Origin: Octopus sinensis | Taxonomy: Eukaryota | Reading direction: 5' to 3' | Assembly (NCBI RefSeq): GCF_006345805.1 | Contig: NC_042997.1 | Location: forward strand, 64,852,001 to 64,916,000 | DNA: 64,000 nucleotides | In this document: positions 24,101 to 36,120 of the stretch, in pieces | Position numbering within the stretch: position 1 is the first letter of the stretch | How the letters are laid out: every line of letters starts with the position of its first letter | The notes under the pieces: model-generated | Database searches by the model: none | The model's input: only the letters and a program-made list of their open reading frames with translations | What the model was told of the DNA's origin: nothing | Position numbers and translations under genes: made by a program

Positions 24101-25886
24101 GTGTGCTTTTATGCCCCGAGTTGCATTGGTATATACAATATTTCATTATTTATAACATGTTGTGCATTGGTATGCTTCCAGTCATTCTTCGAAAATAATA
24201 CATACGTTGCATGTATGTATTTGTTTCATCGTTCAAACACACATACCTAAAATGAATTTGGAACAAAAAATTATTCAAGATGACAAAACGAAACTCTAGG
24301 AGCTAACTACAATTCCTATCAATTATTTTGAAACGTTCTCTATGAAATGCAGCATTTGCGTCACTGCACTGAAGGGTATGTTTTTGGTTTTCACAGCATG
24401 GCTTAAGTTTTTGTATATTATTCATATCTGATTGTAGCTTGAAGTTGCGGCCCCTTTCAAACAGTCTCTACTGAAAAAATATTTTAAAATATTTATTGAG
24501 AACTTATATCTATACCCTATTGTTTTCGAACGCAAAATTAAATTAAAATTATAAGCGAAAGAATGGGAATGAATATTTCATTAATATCAAGAAGTCTACC
24601 GAAGTGAAATGCACTGAATGCTCTGAAATTCTAAATGACTTGGAATTCTCCTATTAGTTGGAAGATGTAAACGTAAACTAAGTAGAAGTTATTAGTAAAT
24701 TCCCAAAGTGAAGATGAAATAATTTCATGAAATTTTGAAATAGTTGCAAGCTTGGTTAAAAACACGAGTTAACCTTGTTAAAAGTATTGGAAACCAACGT
24801 ACATAGCAGGCTTCATTATATCTGATCAGAAGAGAATACACTACATGGTCTTCAAGCAGCTTTACAAACGATGACGTTTACAAATGATGAAAATTTAGTG
24901 CTATTAGAGGTTATAGTGACACACTTACTAAAATTCAAAAAGTGTAGTAGATTTTGTTGAGATAGAGTATCGGTCAGTTCGCTGTGTTGTTACGGATGAG
25001 TACCCTTTGACAGGTAATATATTTATAAAGTATTTACTCTATAAGTTCTAAACTTTAATTGACAATGAATGCCAGAACGGCGGAGGAAGTTCGCAGTTGT
25101 AGATATTAGCAGCGCTATATAATTTAAAGTTGATTTCGTTAAGTTTCCTGATGATTTATTTAAATCTTCCTGTGGTTGCGGCTGATATAATGTTGTTTGT
25201 ATCTAGCACGAACAAGATTAAACGGATTGCTCGGCAACGTTTTTGTGATGCAATGGGTTAAATGATTCGCTAATGTCTGAGTAATTAAATATAATTCAGA
25301 ACATATTTCTACATAATATATATTTTTACACGAATATGAGCCGTGAAATACAATTGTTATTCTATTTAGATTTATAGAGAAGTAACAATTCCAAATTATT
25401 CATATCACATTTGCTAGAATTCATTTACTATGTACATATCACTTTATTCACCTTACATTTCCAAGCATGTCCTTTCCACACATTTCGATCACATCCAAGA
25501 ACATTGATTTCAAAGGAGAATTTCTACCTACTAAATACGATTTGACTGGCATTTTCATGACTTATTCATACATATAATTCGACATGAAATAATTTTATAA
25601 TGATCACATTTATATTTTTAGAACATAATATTCAGTAACTTGACAAGTAGGTGACCCCGTAGACACAAGCAAAATATGCGCTTCTCTTTCAGTTTTTCTC
25701 TTTTATTTTTGCATAAACATACATTTACCAACGTATATTGATATATATACACCTATATATATGTGTGCGTGATTGCATATGCTTGTGTGTGTTCGTGTTC
25801 GTGTGCATGTGTTTCTATATGTGTTTATGTGTTTATATTTGTATGTACGTATATAAGTAAGTGCATAGGCAAACGTATATATAAAT

Positions 25887-25947
<61 letters not shown>

Positions 25948-26001
25948 TTTAGATTTGTTTTGCAACATTCTCTATATGAGTTCGTGTGTTGAAGCATATT
26001 T

Positions 26002-26284
26002 TGTTGTGTCTGGGGAGAGTTATTTTCTTTCAGTGCCTAATTATTTAACACACTCACCGGTAAAATTTCCACTTATTTCTTTTTTTTATTTTCTAAAATT
26101 TTTTCATTGCATCTTGCGATCTTTTTCAATAGTTTTGACTCTTGCAATAGTCAAGACTATTGAAAAGGTTGCAAGACGCAATGAAAATTTTTGAAAATAA
26201 AAATAAGAAATAAGTGGAAATTTTACCGGTGAGTGAGTTAAATAATAAGGCACTAAAAGAGAATGGCTCTCCCCAGACACAACA
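26002..26284. repeat. Fold-back palindrome, ~135-bp imperfect arms, ~8-nt loop
   Basis: tgttgtgtctggggagag...accggtaaaatttccacttatttc mirrored by gaaataagtggaaattttaccggt...ctctccccagacacaaca. Lies between two (TA)n tracts. Confidence 0.9.
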
Positions 26285-26337
<53 letters not shown>

Positions 26338-26624
26338 TATGTATATGTATGTATGTATGAAAACATGTTTGAAGATTTCCATATTTTAAATATTAAGAAA
26401 AGAGAGGTAGTCAGAATTCTGGATAATTATTAGCGATTTCATCTCGTTCGTTTGCGAGACTAATGAGAAATGATTTATAGAGAATTTCGTGCCCCACATA
26501 AATTTGAAAGAAAATTTTGTGTTATCTAAATGTGCCTGTATATATACACACGTGCGTATATATGTGCACATAACTATGTTTGTTCATGTATATATATATA
26601 TATATGAAAGCATGTTTCTGTGTG

Positions 26625-26655
<31 letters not shown>

Positions 26656-27604
26656 CGTGCGTGAGGTGATTTTTCAGAGGTTTGGTTAGGAAGAGGAAGG
26701 AAACAGACAGAAAGAAAAAAATAAGACATGTATGGCTTTTATTATATTTTTATGATCAGTTGTTTCACAGTTGTTAAGAGTGAATTATAATTTCATGATA
26801 ACAACTACTAAAGTGGTTGCAAGAAGCAATAAAAAATTTAGTAAAAAAATAAATAAGTAAAAAATTTGTCTTAGTCATTGTTTTTAAGGCATGTGTTACG
26901 TGTGCGAGTGGGGGAATTTTTTAGTTAGACACTAATCTAAACCTCAGTTGGAGCTCATTGTTATGCAAGCAAATGGTTTTTTGAAAGAGAAGCACAGAGA
27001 AGGGAAACTTTGAATTTTATCGCTACTTATATGATGATGAGTTTTAAAAATTGTAGATATGTGCCTCTGGTATGGCATCAATGTTTAGAACAACTTATAT
27101 CTGTAGCAAACATTTTCAAGAATGATATATATGAAGTGATTATATGGCAAATGAATATTTGAAAGTAATTCCCTTTGTTGGATCCATCAATTGCAAAGCA
27201 AATATTGATATCTTAGAAATTAAACTAGTTTCACAAATCTCACTAAACTTTTCTGCTGCTTAGTTTGTCAGATTTCGATATGTGCGCACTGGGTAAGAGA
27301 TAATTCTCTTATTGTTAACGTCGCCTTCTTTGATATGTTGATGTGACTTTATGTTTTGTTTCTCTGTATTCACTGCATTGTATTGAACAAAATGGTTATG
27401 CGACCCGCGCTCGTCATTCTCTATTATCTGGTCTGCTGGGAAAAAAAGGTTGTGACCCGTGGTTTAGAGTAAATAAAAGCATGAAAGAGGGAGAAAAAGA
27501 AAGTATGGACAGGGAGAAGGACATAGAAAAAAGGAAGAGGAAAGAACCGAAAACGAAAGGGGGTGACAAGCATTTGGACACATAGCTTTTATCTTTTCTT
27601 TACT

Positions 27605-27830
27605 ATCTTTTACGTGTTTCAGTCGTTTGAATGCGGCCATGCTGGGGCTCCGCCTTCAAAGATTTTAGTCGAACAAATCGACCTTAGAACATATTTTACA
27701 AACTAGCATTTATTATATCGGTCTTTTTCGCAAAACCGCTAAGTTACGGAGACGTAAGCACACCAGCACTCCTTGTTAAGCGGTGGTGGATTGACGAACA
27801 CAGACGCAAAGATACACAAGCACATTTACA
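27605..27830 (-). mobile_element. SINE family A 3' half
   Basis: Reverse complement of the family A tail (cggccatgctgg, ccgctaagttacgg). Confidence 0.75.
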
Positions 27831-27899
27831 CACACATACATATATATATAAATATATATATCCATTATTAGGCACAGTTTCCGAATTCCCGTAAGTGAA

Positions 27900-28030
27900 A
27901 ACAAAACCCTTTTCATGAAGAAAAAATGCTTTACAAACAATGAAACTCGACAATCCAAGCATCCCAAAAGAAGCCGATAAGAGTGGGGCAATAATGATTA
28001 TCAACAAAACTATATAAAGACAAAATATTG
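27900..28030 (+). mobile_element. PLE ORF fragment
   Basis: KEADKSGAIMIINK matches IKEADKGNAVVLMN of the 37.5-kb PLE. Confidence 0.5.
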
Positions 28031-28984
28031 GAACATCTAACAGTCCAAAAGGAAGGTGGCAATGTGACTTGAGAAAGCACTAGTAATTTGAAATTCCACC
28101 AGACGTCTGCAGAATATATGCAATAAAAAATATCAGAGGATGGTGTCAGACAATTATCTTTATTGCTTAGTTTACAATTGTTTTATCGATTATCCTTAAA
28201 TCATACTTGCGCCAAATCGTTTCTTTGACGACAATTATTAATTTGTCTCCACACATTTCCATCACACTGAACGGCGGAAATAAGATGTCTGAAGGCCGCA
28301 AAAAGCAATATACTGATCATGTTTGCAATATAACAAAATCTACAATTATAGCCCTTCAAAGTTTATGATGACGATGGACTAAATTTATTTAAGAGAAATA
28401 CAGGAAGAAAGGAAATAAATTGAAAAGAAGAGAAGGACTTTACAAGATAATTAGTCCCGCATCAATTTGACAATCAGATTTATCAAAACAAATTTGTTTT
28501 AAGCTGAATCGTCTTCCATGAATAAAATAGTTAAGAGGTCGGTTTGGGCAATCGGTTATTTTGAGACACTCAGTGAGGTATTCTAAGTCTTGAGATGATT
28601 GATTTCGGAAGTATTGTTGTTGCGGTGGTTGGATTGGGGGTTGGGGTAAATTTAGTGTAGTTATTGCTGGATTGGGCTGGTGAAAACTACTTATTACTGA
28701 CTGAGATGTTAGTAAAGATAGTAATGACAGAAGTACCAGTAGATGACGTCATGTAGCAGTGGTATCAGTGTAAGAGTTAAACGTTCAGTCATATGGGAGA
28801 TTATTGGCCAGGAGAAACACAACTAAGAATGTTGTTAGTATGATGCGATCCATTAACTCTGTGTAACTCAAGAATCTCGGCGAATATATTTATTGCACTG
28901 CTTACGGGATAACAAACTAATTCATTATATTTATAATTCTTAACTCTAGTAACGTGTGTATTGAAAGGATTAGGAAGCGATGAC

Positions 28985-29112
28985 AAAAATTTGTAAGGAA
29001 AATGTGTACTAGGAATTACTATATAGAATAATTTTGCTTACTTCCTCGATGTTACTGTAGATGTAAACTCTGGGTTCTTCTACGCATACAGCAAGCCAGA
29101 TAGTAATATTGA
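28985..29112 (+). mobile_element. PLE RT fragment (FLDVT motif region)
   Basis: NNFAYFLDVTVDVNSGFFYAYSKP resembles the PLE FLD(V/I)...KP motif after RT domain 6. Confidence 0.4.
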
Positions 29113-29115
29113 TTT

Positions 29116-29242
29116 CAAATATTGGCACGAGGCCAGCAAGTTCAGGGACGGGGCTAGTAGATTACATCGACTCCAGTACTGAACTGGTACTTAATTTATC
29201 GAACCCGAAATGATGAATGTCGAACTTGGAGGTATTTGAACG
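29116..29242 (-). mobile_element. SINE fragment
   Basis: Reverse complement of the SINE core gttcaaat...cgggttcgataaattaagtaccagtt.agtactggagtcgatgtaatc. Confidence 0.7.
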
Positions 29243-29482
29243 ATACAAGTAAAGACGGATGGTAAAGACTCATCAACAGTGCGTATGACGTCATCATCAC
29301 TGCGATACTGGTTCACAGCCAAGTGTTTTTCTCGTGTTGAAGAACATGTAATAGTCAGATTTGGCCAAATCAGGAGAAAAGTGAGGAGGAACAACCAGTT
29401 ATAAGCCACAGTAACGCACAGCAACCATTGGAACCAGAATAGAGTCATCAGATTTTCTGGGTGTCTGATCTTGATAGCCTTT

Positions 29483-30662
29483 CAACTAAGTTCCCGCTGT
29501 TTTATTTTAATTTTAGAATTTATTGCGTTTTTAAATTTTGGAATCTATTTTTTTCGAGAATTCTATTTTTAATAATTTTGGAATCTATTTTTTTTTCTAG
29601 TTTGTTTTAGTTAATTTTTGTTTATTTTCAGATCATTAATCAAGGCTCTAAGGCCGCAAAAGCTGCTTGCAACATTTATGCTGTCTATGGAGATGGGTGC
29701 CATAGCTGAAAGAACCGCTCGTGATTGGTATACCAAGTTCAAAAAGTGAAAATTTTGACCCGAAAGACGCACCTTGTTCTGGACGTCCAGTTGAGTTCGA
29801 CAAGGTAACTAGCAGAGAAAATGGAATGCTACCACACTGCTATAGAGAAGTATAATTACTCGATGCGAAAGGTTCAGAAGTATGGTGCATGGATTCCGCA
29901 TGCTTTCAGTGACTACAAAATTAACGAACTACAATCTCCGTTGGTTTGCTTGCTCGTCACCGCTCGACTCATGGATACAAACAACGATTTATTTACCGAA
30001 TCGTTACTGGCGACGAAAAATGGTGCATGTACATGAATATGAAGCAGCGTGAGTAATGGCTTAGCCCCGGTAAACAAGCGACACCGCGCGTGAAACAAGA
30101 TTTTCATACGCGTAAAACGATGTTGTGCGTATGGTGAGACTGGGAATGGATTATCCATTACGTATTGCTTGAACGGAACCAAATGGTCAACGCAGAACTC
30201 TATGTTCAACAGATCGAACAACTCAACACGGCTATCCAAGAGAAAAGTCCTAATAGTTAAGGTCTTTTCTGGACTTCTACTGCACGAAAACACCCGCCTT
30301 CATATCGCCAATATGACCAAGGAAGCTATTCAAACGCACAGCTGGGAAGTGCTGTCACACCTGCCGTAATCTACTGATTTGGCAACAACGGATTTCCACC
30401 TTTTTCCATCTCTTTCAAATGCTATGCGCGAAGTTTCGTTCAATACTGATTCAGAATTGAGAGCTTGGTTGGATCAATTTTTCGAGTCGAAATCGGGTGA
30501 TTTCTACCAAAGATGTACTGAAAATCTTGTTGAACGTTGGGAAGAAGTTGTAAGCAACAAGGGTGAATACATTATTGATTAATTAGTTGCTATTTTTTAT
30601 TAAATCTTTTAAAAACATTTTAATCTAAAAAACACGGCGGGAACTTATTTGCCAACCCAATA
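29483..30662 (+). mobile_element. mariner (D,D34D-type) transposon relic
   Basis: TIR remnants caactaagttcccgctg / cggcgggaacttatttgccaacccaata. Motifs SGRP, WIPH, IVTGDEKW, KTMLCVW, HENTRLH and decayed YSPDL (ATTDFHLF). Frameshifted. Confidence 0.88.
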
Positions 30663-31224
30663 TTTTCATTTTTAAACAAAATAAAAACTCTAAATGTTCT
30701 AAAATATTCTGTTAACATGTTTCTGTTAATAATGTTTATGGTAAAGTTATAAGTTCAAATTCACATTAAGTTTTAAATCCATATTTTGCTATATTGTGAG
30801 GAACATTAAAAATAGGTTTATATTCGTTACAAGCTTTCATATACCTGACCTATGAGAAGCATTGTTATGAATTCCTAAATATGTTTTCTTCTTTCCTCAG
30901 CTGTAAAACGCATGTTCGAACTAATTTCTTTATTTTTAATATAAATTAACTTGAGAAATATCAATAAGATTATAACTAAAATGTATTAATATCAATATTT
31001 TAATAAACATCTTACTATATGGAATTTAAATGAGTGCGTTATAAATGTTTTATTTGCCATACCACTGAGATTTTTCATGTACCTAATTTAGGGACAATAA
31101 CGTCTGTCATATAACGATTACTAATTGTATCTACACTGAAGATATTTAATTCCTAAGGCAATGGGTTTTTGTTCCTAAACTGCTTATTAACTTTGGGTAA
31201 GCAACATTATACTTAAATAAATGT

Positions 31225-31462
31225 ACCCTTTTAAAGCCTAGCCAGGCTCATGAGCCCGATTTCCCGGTTTCAATGGCGTATGTGTTCCTCAGCTGGACGG
31301 GACGCCAGTCCGTCGCAATGATACTTATTTTTGCTAGCTGAGTGGACTGGAGCAACGTGAAATGATGCTCAAGAACACAACGCGTCGCCTGTTCCAGGAA
31401 TCGAAATCACAATCTTATGATCATGATGCTGACACCCTAACCACTAAGCCACGCGTCTCCAC
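31225..31462 (-). mobile_element. tRNA-derived SINE (third family)
   Basis: Minus strand gtggagacgcgTGGCTTAGTGG (A box) ... atttcgattcc (B-box-like), then gttgtgttcttgagca. Confidence 0.75.
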
Positions 31463-34209
31463 AAAATTATGCTTAAAACTATTCAAGTTGTAAACATGTC
31501 TTTTTCTTCGGTTATTGTGAATTCACGACTACATTAGTCACAGTGGTTATTGTTTTGAAATTTTTGATTGTATCTTCAATAAGTGATTGTAATGGTTTAG
31601 CAACAATAAAGAGTGTCGCATTAGCCTATGTTCGTTTAGTGTTATGTAGTTAATGCAGATGTTATAAATGATATATGTGCCGAAAGACACAATGCAAACC
31701 TCACTGGTCCTGCCACAGCCTTGTTGCCGTCGCAGACGTTCATATCACTTTGATAAAATCACTTCAATCTCAAACGAGTAATTCAATAACAAGCATTTAC
31801 ACGTAAATATTGCGAATTATTCTAGATATTAATTAGTAAAAATGCAATCTAACCAGGAGTTCGTATATGAACATGACTACATGAATACATATTTAATGAA
31901 GCCGCCCATCCCTAACTTACTTGCCTGCGAGGATTCATATGCGTACCTGAAATTTAAATTGGAATAACTTTAGAAGTGAACGTTTTTAGATACCAGAGTT
32001 GTATAGCAGATCTAAATATATGTTTTAAGCTTTATATCAAGTTCTCTCTGTAGGTAAAATATGTAAATATAGTAAGTATCACCTTAGACTCAATATATGA
32101 TAAAATCTTCGAATACATATCTTAAAAGTTATTCATGCAGAGGAAGGAGACACAACCACATCTATTGTATGGCCTTCAAGAATATTGTTGTTAGTGATTT
32201 ATCTTCTTGTTATATATTGGTACAAGGCAGGATCGCAAGTATCGAGTTCAGTGTTCAATGTAGAGTCTCTAAGTATTACGAAAGAAAGTGCGGTGGATGC
32301 ATCACGTGAAAGTGGACGATTGCGATACAACGCACAATGGTCAAGAGAAGTCTAAACTATTTTAGAAGCGATTGGAGATACAAAAACCGCTTATAGTTTG
32401 GTAATATGGTTGAAAGCTTCTCTGCGATATGAAAAACGAATATCATGATGAAGGCCTAATGGTATCACAGAGGAATAAGACAATGATTACTGTCAATTTG
32501 TAACTCCGTCCTGGGTTTATTTGAAAGGATATACATTTCACATAAAATTTGTCTACTTAGGCTATTTAAAAAAATTTTTAATAGAAACAGCTCTCCTTCC
32601 CACAAAATACAAGCATTTATATTCCATTTTAAAAGACACATTTTCCTCGATTAAAAATCTTTCTGCTGCCCTTTTATATCAATCGGGTCATTAAACCTCT
32701 TCAAAAACTACTAAATTATATATTAAACGTATGTGTAGTGCTTTCAAATGATTTCGCAAACAAACTACACAGAGTTTAATATATGTGTATTTATTCTTCT
32801 TCTTAACGAGTTAAGATAATGTGAAAAATTATATTTACATACGAAGTAAATATATAAAAATCGCTTTTTGTTTCTCTCTTTGTATGTGTCATTATATTTC
32901 AATAAAGGTCAGTAAAAGGTTAATCATATGAAAATAAAATGAAAGACGTTTCCATCATGTCTGCTTTGTGGTTCTATTTTCAGAAATATATTGAGAAACT
33001 ATATTCACTTAAAATTTACTATTTTCTAACTTAAATAGCGCTTTTGTTAACGACTAATCTACATTTCATGTACTGTACCGCATCAATTACCTATTCTACA
33101 ACATTAATTATTCACTGAAAACATTCCATCACTATGCCGTGCAGATGATGCAAAACAATCTTAAAATATTATTCATTATTCAAACTTGTATATAGAGAAA
33201 TGTCACAAATAATGAGAGATATTAAACTTACTGAATCCATCCATTATGAAGTAATTTCAAATCTTGGTGAAGCACATTCGGTAAACGAACATTAGATCGC
33301 ACTGTTCTGGGAGTAATTTGGATATCAGCGAGACTTTCAACACTACTATGGTAACTGTGTCGTCAGTAATGACGGCGGGAGCCTTCTTCTAAAACCATTA
33401 ATTTCCTCTTCATTCTCAAACCTTTATTGAGGATGTAGTTTCATTCTCTCTTCTAAGACTTCATCCGTCTTCTGTCTCATTTGCATGTCTTCCTTCAGTT
33501 TTATGCCTTATTGTGTCTAATATTATGTTCCTGTCTTCGCTTCATTAGTTATATTTTGAGCTGTTGTGTGTCATCTCAAACAGGCTTCGCTCTCCCTTTC
33601 TCAGTTTCATTTTGTAACTTAGCTGTATGTCTAACTCCCTTTTGTCAAAGTCTTCTTGATCATTGCTCCTTACACTCATTCCATAGCCTAATTAATGTTC
33701 TCTCTCTAGTTCACTCCTGTTCATCAGTAGCAGTATTTACTCTTATTCTGTATCACTGTCTTTCTTGTTACCTTCATCTCCTAGCTCCATCTTGGCTTTG
33801 TTATGTGTTGCAGCCTCAAAGCTTGTACCTGCTGCCCTTGTATTTGGGCTTTTCGGGCAACACTCATATGTGCTCTGTATTCTTTTTTATAAGTTGTTCT
33901 ACCTGTATGTTGTCTTGTGTTTCCTGTGTCTGCGCATTAAAACTTAACCGTCGTTCTGCTGCAGAAGAAATTGAAGAAAATACGTTATGAATTACGTAAA
34001 ATTCTCAGTCGCCGTAGTGGTAAATATGAAATCAAAGTTAATATGATCCGTATTAAATATGGCAGCAACTTATCTCAAAGAACTGTTCGGGCTACAATGT
34101 CATCTATATATAAACTATTATATATGCATATACACTATATCTATTTATATATACATCATCAAAATATATATACAATACGTATGTAATATTGAATGTACGC
34201 ATTTATGTT

Positions 34210-34320
34210 CGTACGTATGTATGTATGTATGTATGTATGTATGTATGTATGTATGTATGTATGTATGTATGTATGTATGTATGCATGTATGTATGTATGT
34301 GTGTTGGTATGCATGTATGA
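34210..34320. repeat. (TATG)n microsatellite
   Basis: Directly visible. Confidence 0.95.
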
Positions 34321-34563
34321 ATTAGAGGTTTTCCACTTTATAAATGCCAGCAAAATAGTATTTACAACAAAAATATGTAGGTAGTATTTGGGATATATGA
34401 TATTATTCCATTTGACAGCTCGCGATACTTATATCATTTGAAATATGATTCGTTCTTTGTTGGCATGTATCCATACGTGCGTGGGCGAGCTGGACAGAGA
34501 AAGTGCAGGTACCAAACATCAATGAATTGCTCAATTATATTTGTGTACATGTATATTTAGCAT

Positions 34564-34767
34564 GCCGGGCGAAATGCGTAGCTGTATTTCGTCTGCCAGT
34601 AAGTTCTGAGTTCAAATTCCGCCGAGGTCGACTTTGCCTTTCATCCTTTCGGAGTCGATTAAATAAGTATCAGTTACGCACTGGGGTCGATAAAATCGAG
34701 TTAATCCCTTTGTCTGTCCTTGTGTGTCCCCTCTATCTTTAGCCCCTTGTGGGCAGTAAAGAAATAT
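34564..34767 (+). mobile_element. SINE family B
   Basis: Colinear with 16989-17212. Confidence 0.8.
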
Positions 34768-34790
34768 ATATTTCTGTGCATGTATATATA

Positions 34791-35173
34791 CAGAAGTGGC
34801 TGTGTGGTAAGAAGTTTGCTTCCCAACCACATGGTTCCGGATTCAGTCCCACTTCCTGGCATCTTAGGCAAGTATATTCTGCTATTGCCTCGGATGACCA
34901 GAGATTTGTGAGTGGGTTTGGTGGGCGGAAACCGAAAAGAAGCCCGTCGGATATATACGTGTGTGTATATTTGTGTGTGTGTGTTTGTCACCAACCATCG
35001 GTAGACAACCGATATTGGTGTGTTTACATCCCCGTAACACAGCAGTTCGGAAAAAAGAAACTGATAGAATAAGTACTAGAGTTACAAAGCATAAGTGTTT
35101 GGGTCGATTAGTTCTACTGAAGGCGGTGCTCCAGCATGGCCACAGTCAAATGACTGAAACAAGTATAAGAATA
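34791..35173 (+). mobile_element. SINE family A
   Basis: Colinear with 12849-13283. Confidence 0.85.
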
Positions 35174-35340
35174 TATAAATATATGCATGTATCTCTCTCT
35201 CTCTCTCTCCCTCTCTCTCTCTATATATATATATAAATTAACAATTGAGGATAAAATCTTTAAAAGAAATTATCAGTAGTCAGCGTGAAAAACCTCGTAA
35301 GAGAAAAAATCCGTAAATTCTTCCTCTTTGAAAATATTCA

Positions 35341-35674
35341 TTTATATTATATTGAGGGTACTACTATTCGTAGATACCAACACGCTAAGAGGGACCAATG
35401 CGGTCAAAACTACTAAAAATAAACAAAATTTTACCGAATGCAAAACTTCAAAACACATCATTTTTAAAAAAAAGAATTCAGTTACATATCACATGTGATT
35501 TCGCATTAATGCGAAATCACATGTGATATGTAACTGAATTCTTTTTTTTAAAAATGATGTGTTTTGAAGTTTTGCATTCGGTAAAATTTTGTTTATTTTT
35601 AGTAGTTTTGACCGCATTGGTCCCTCTTAGCGTGTTGGTATCTACGAATAGTAGTACCCTCAATATAATATAAA
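35341..35674. repeat. Perfect 334-bp palindrome (167-bp arms, no spacer)
   Basis: Symmetry centre between 35507 and 35508 (ttcgcatt|aatgcgaa). No mismatch found, homopolymer runs included. Abuts (TA)n on the right. Confidence 0.97.
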
Positions 35675-35689
35675 ATAATATATATATAT

Positions 35690-35804
<115 letters not shown>

Positions 35805-36120
35805 TGTATTAATAAGAAGAACGGGCACTTTTCAAATCCATAGTATAATTTAACAGTACTTTACCGAATCCTTTACTTCACTTACGTGTGGTATATGTGT
35901 GAAAAAACACCGTACCTCCCTTTATCAATGTCACTACTTACTCAACGGAAATTACGCACTCGGATTTACCTACCGATAAAAGTTAACAGACCCTAGCAAC
36001 TTATTGTTAGCTCAGGTATCTCAAAAGGTTTCGGAATATATATATATATATAATATATATATATATTATATATATATATATATATATATTTATAATAAGA
36101 GTAGATCGTGTACGAGTGGG

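Noticed and set aside
26435-26475. Hairpin followed by CTAATGA-GAAA
   Set aside because: Core mismatch and no stem II.
28600-28800. G/T-rich segment resembling the 36.4-36.6 kb PLE arm (ctgagatgt.agta)
   Set aside because: Similarity is short and low-complexity. It may be an old pLTR but cannot be supported by eye.
33481-33990. 169-aa plus-strand ORF
   Set aside because: L/S/C/F-rich composition is the expected antisense read of a purine-rich minus strand. No domain.
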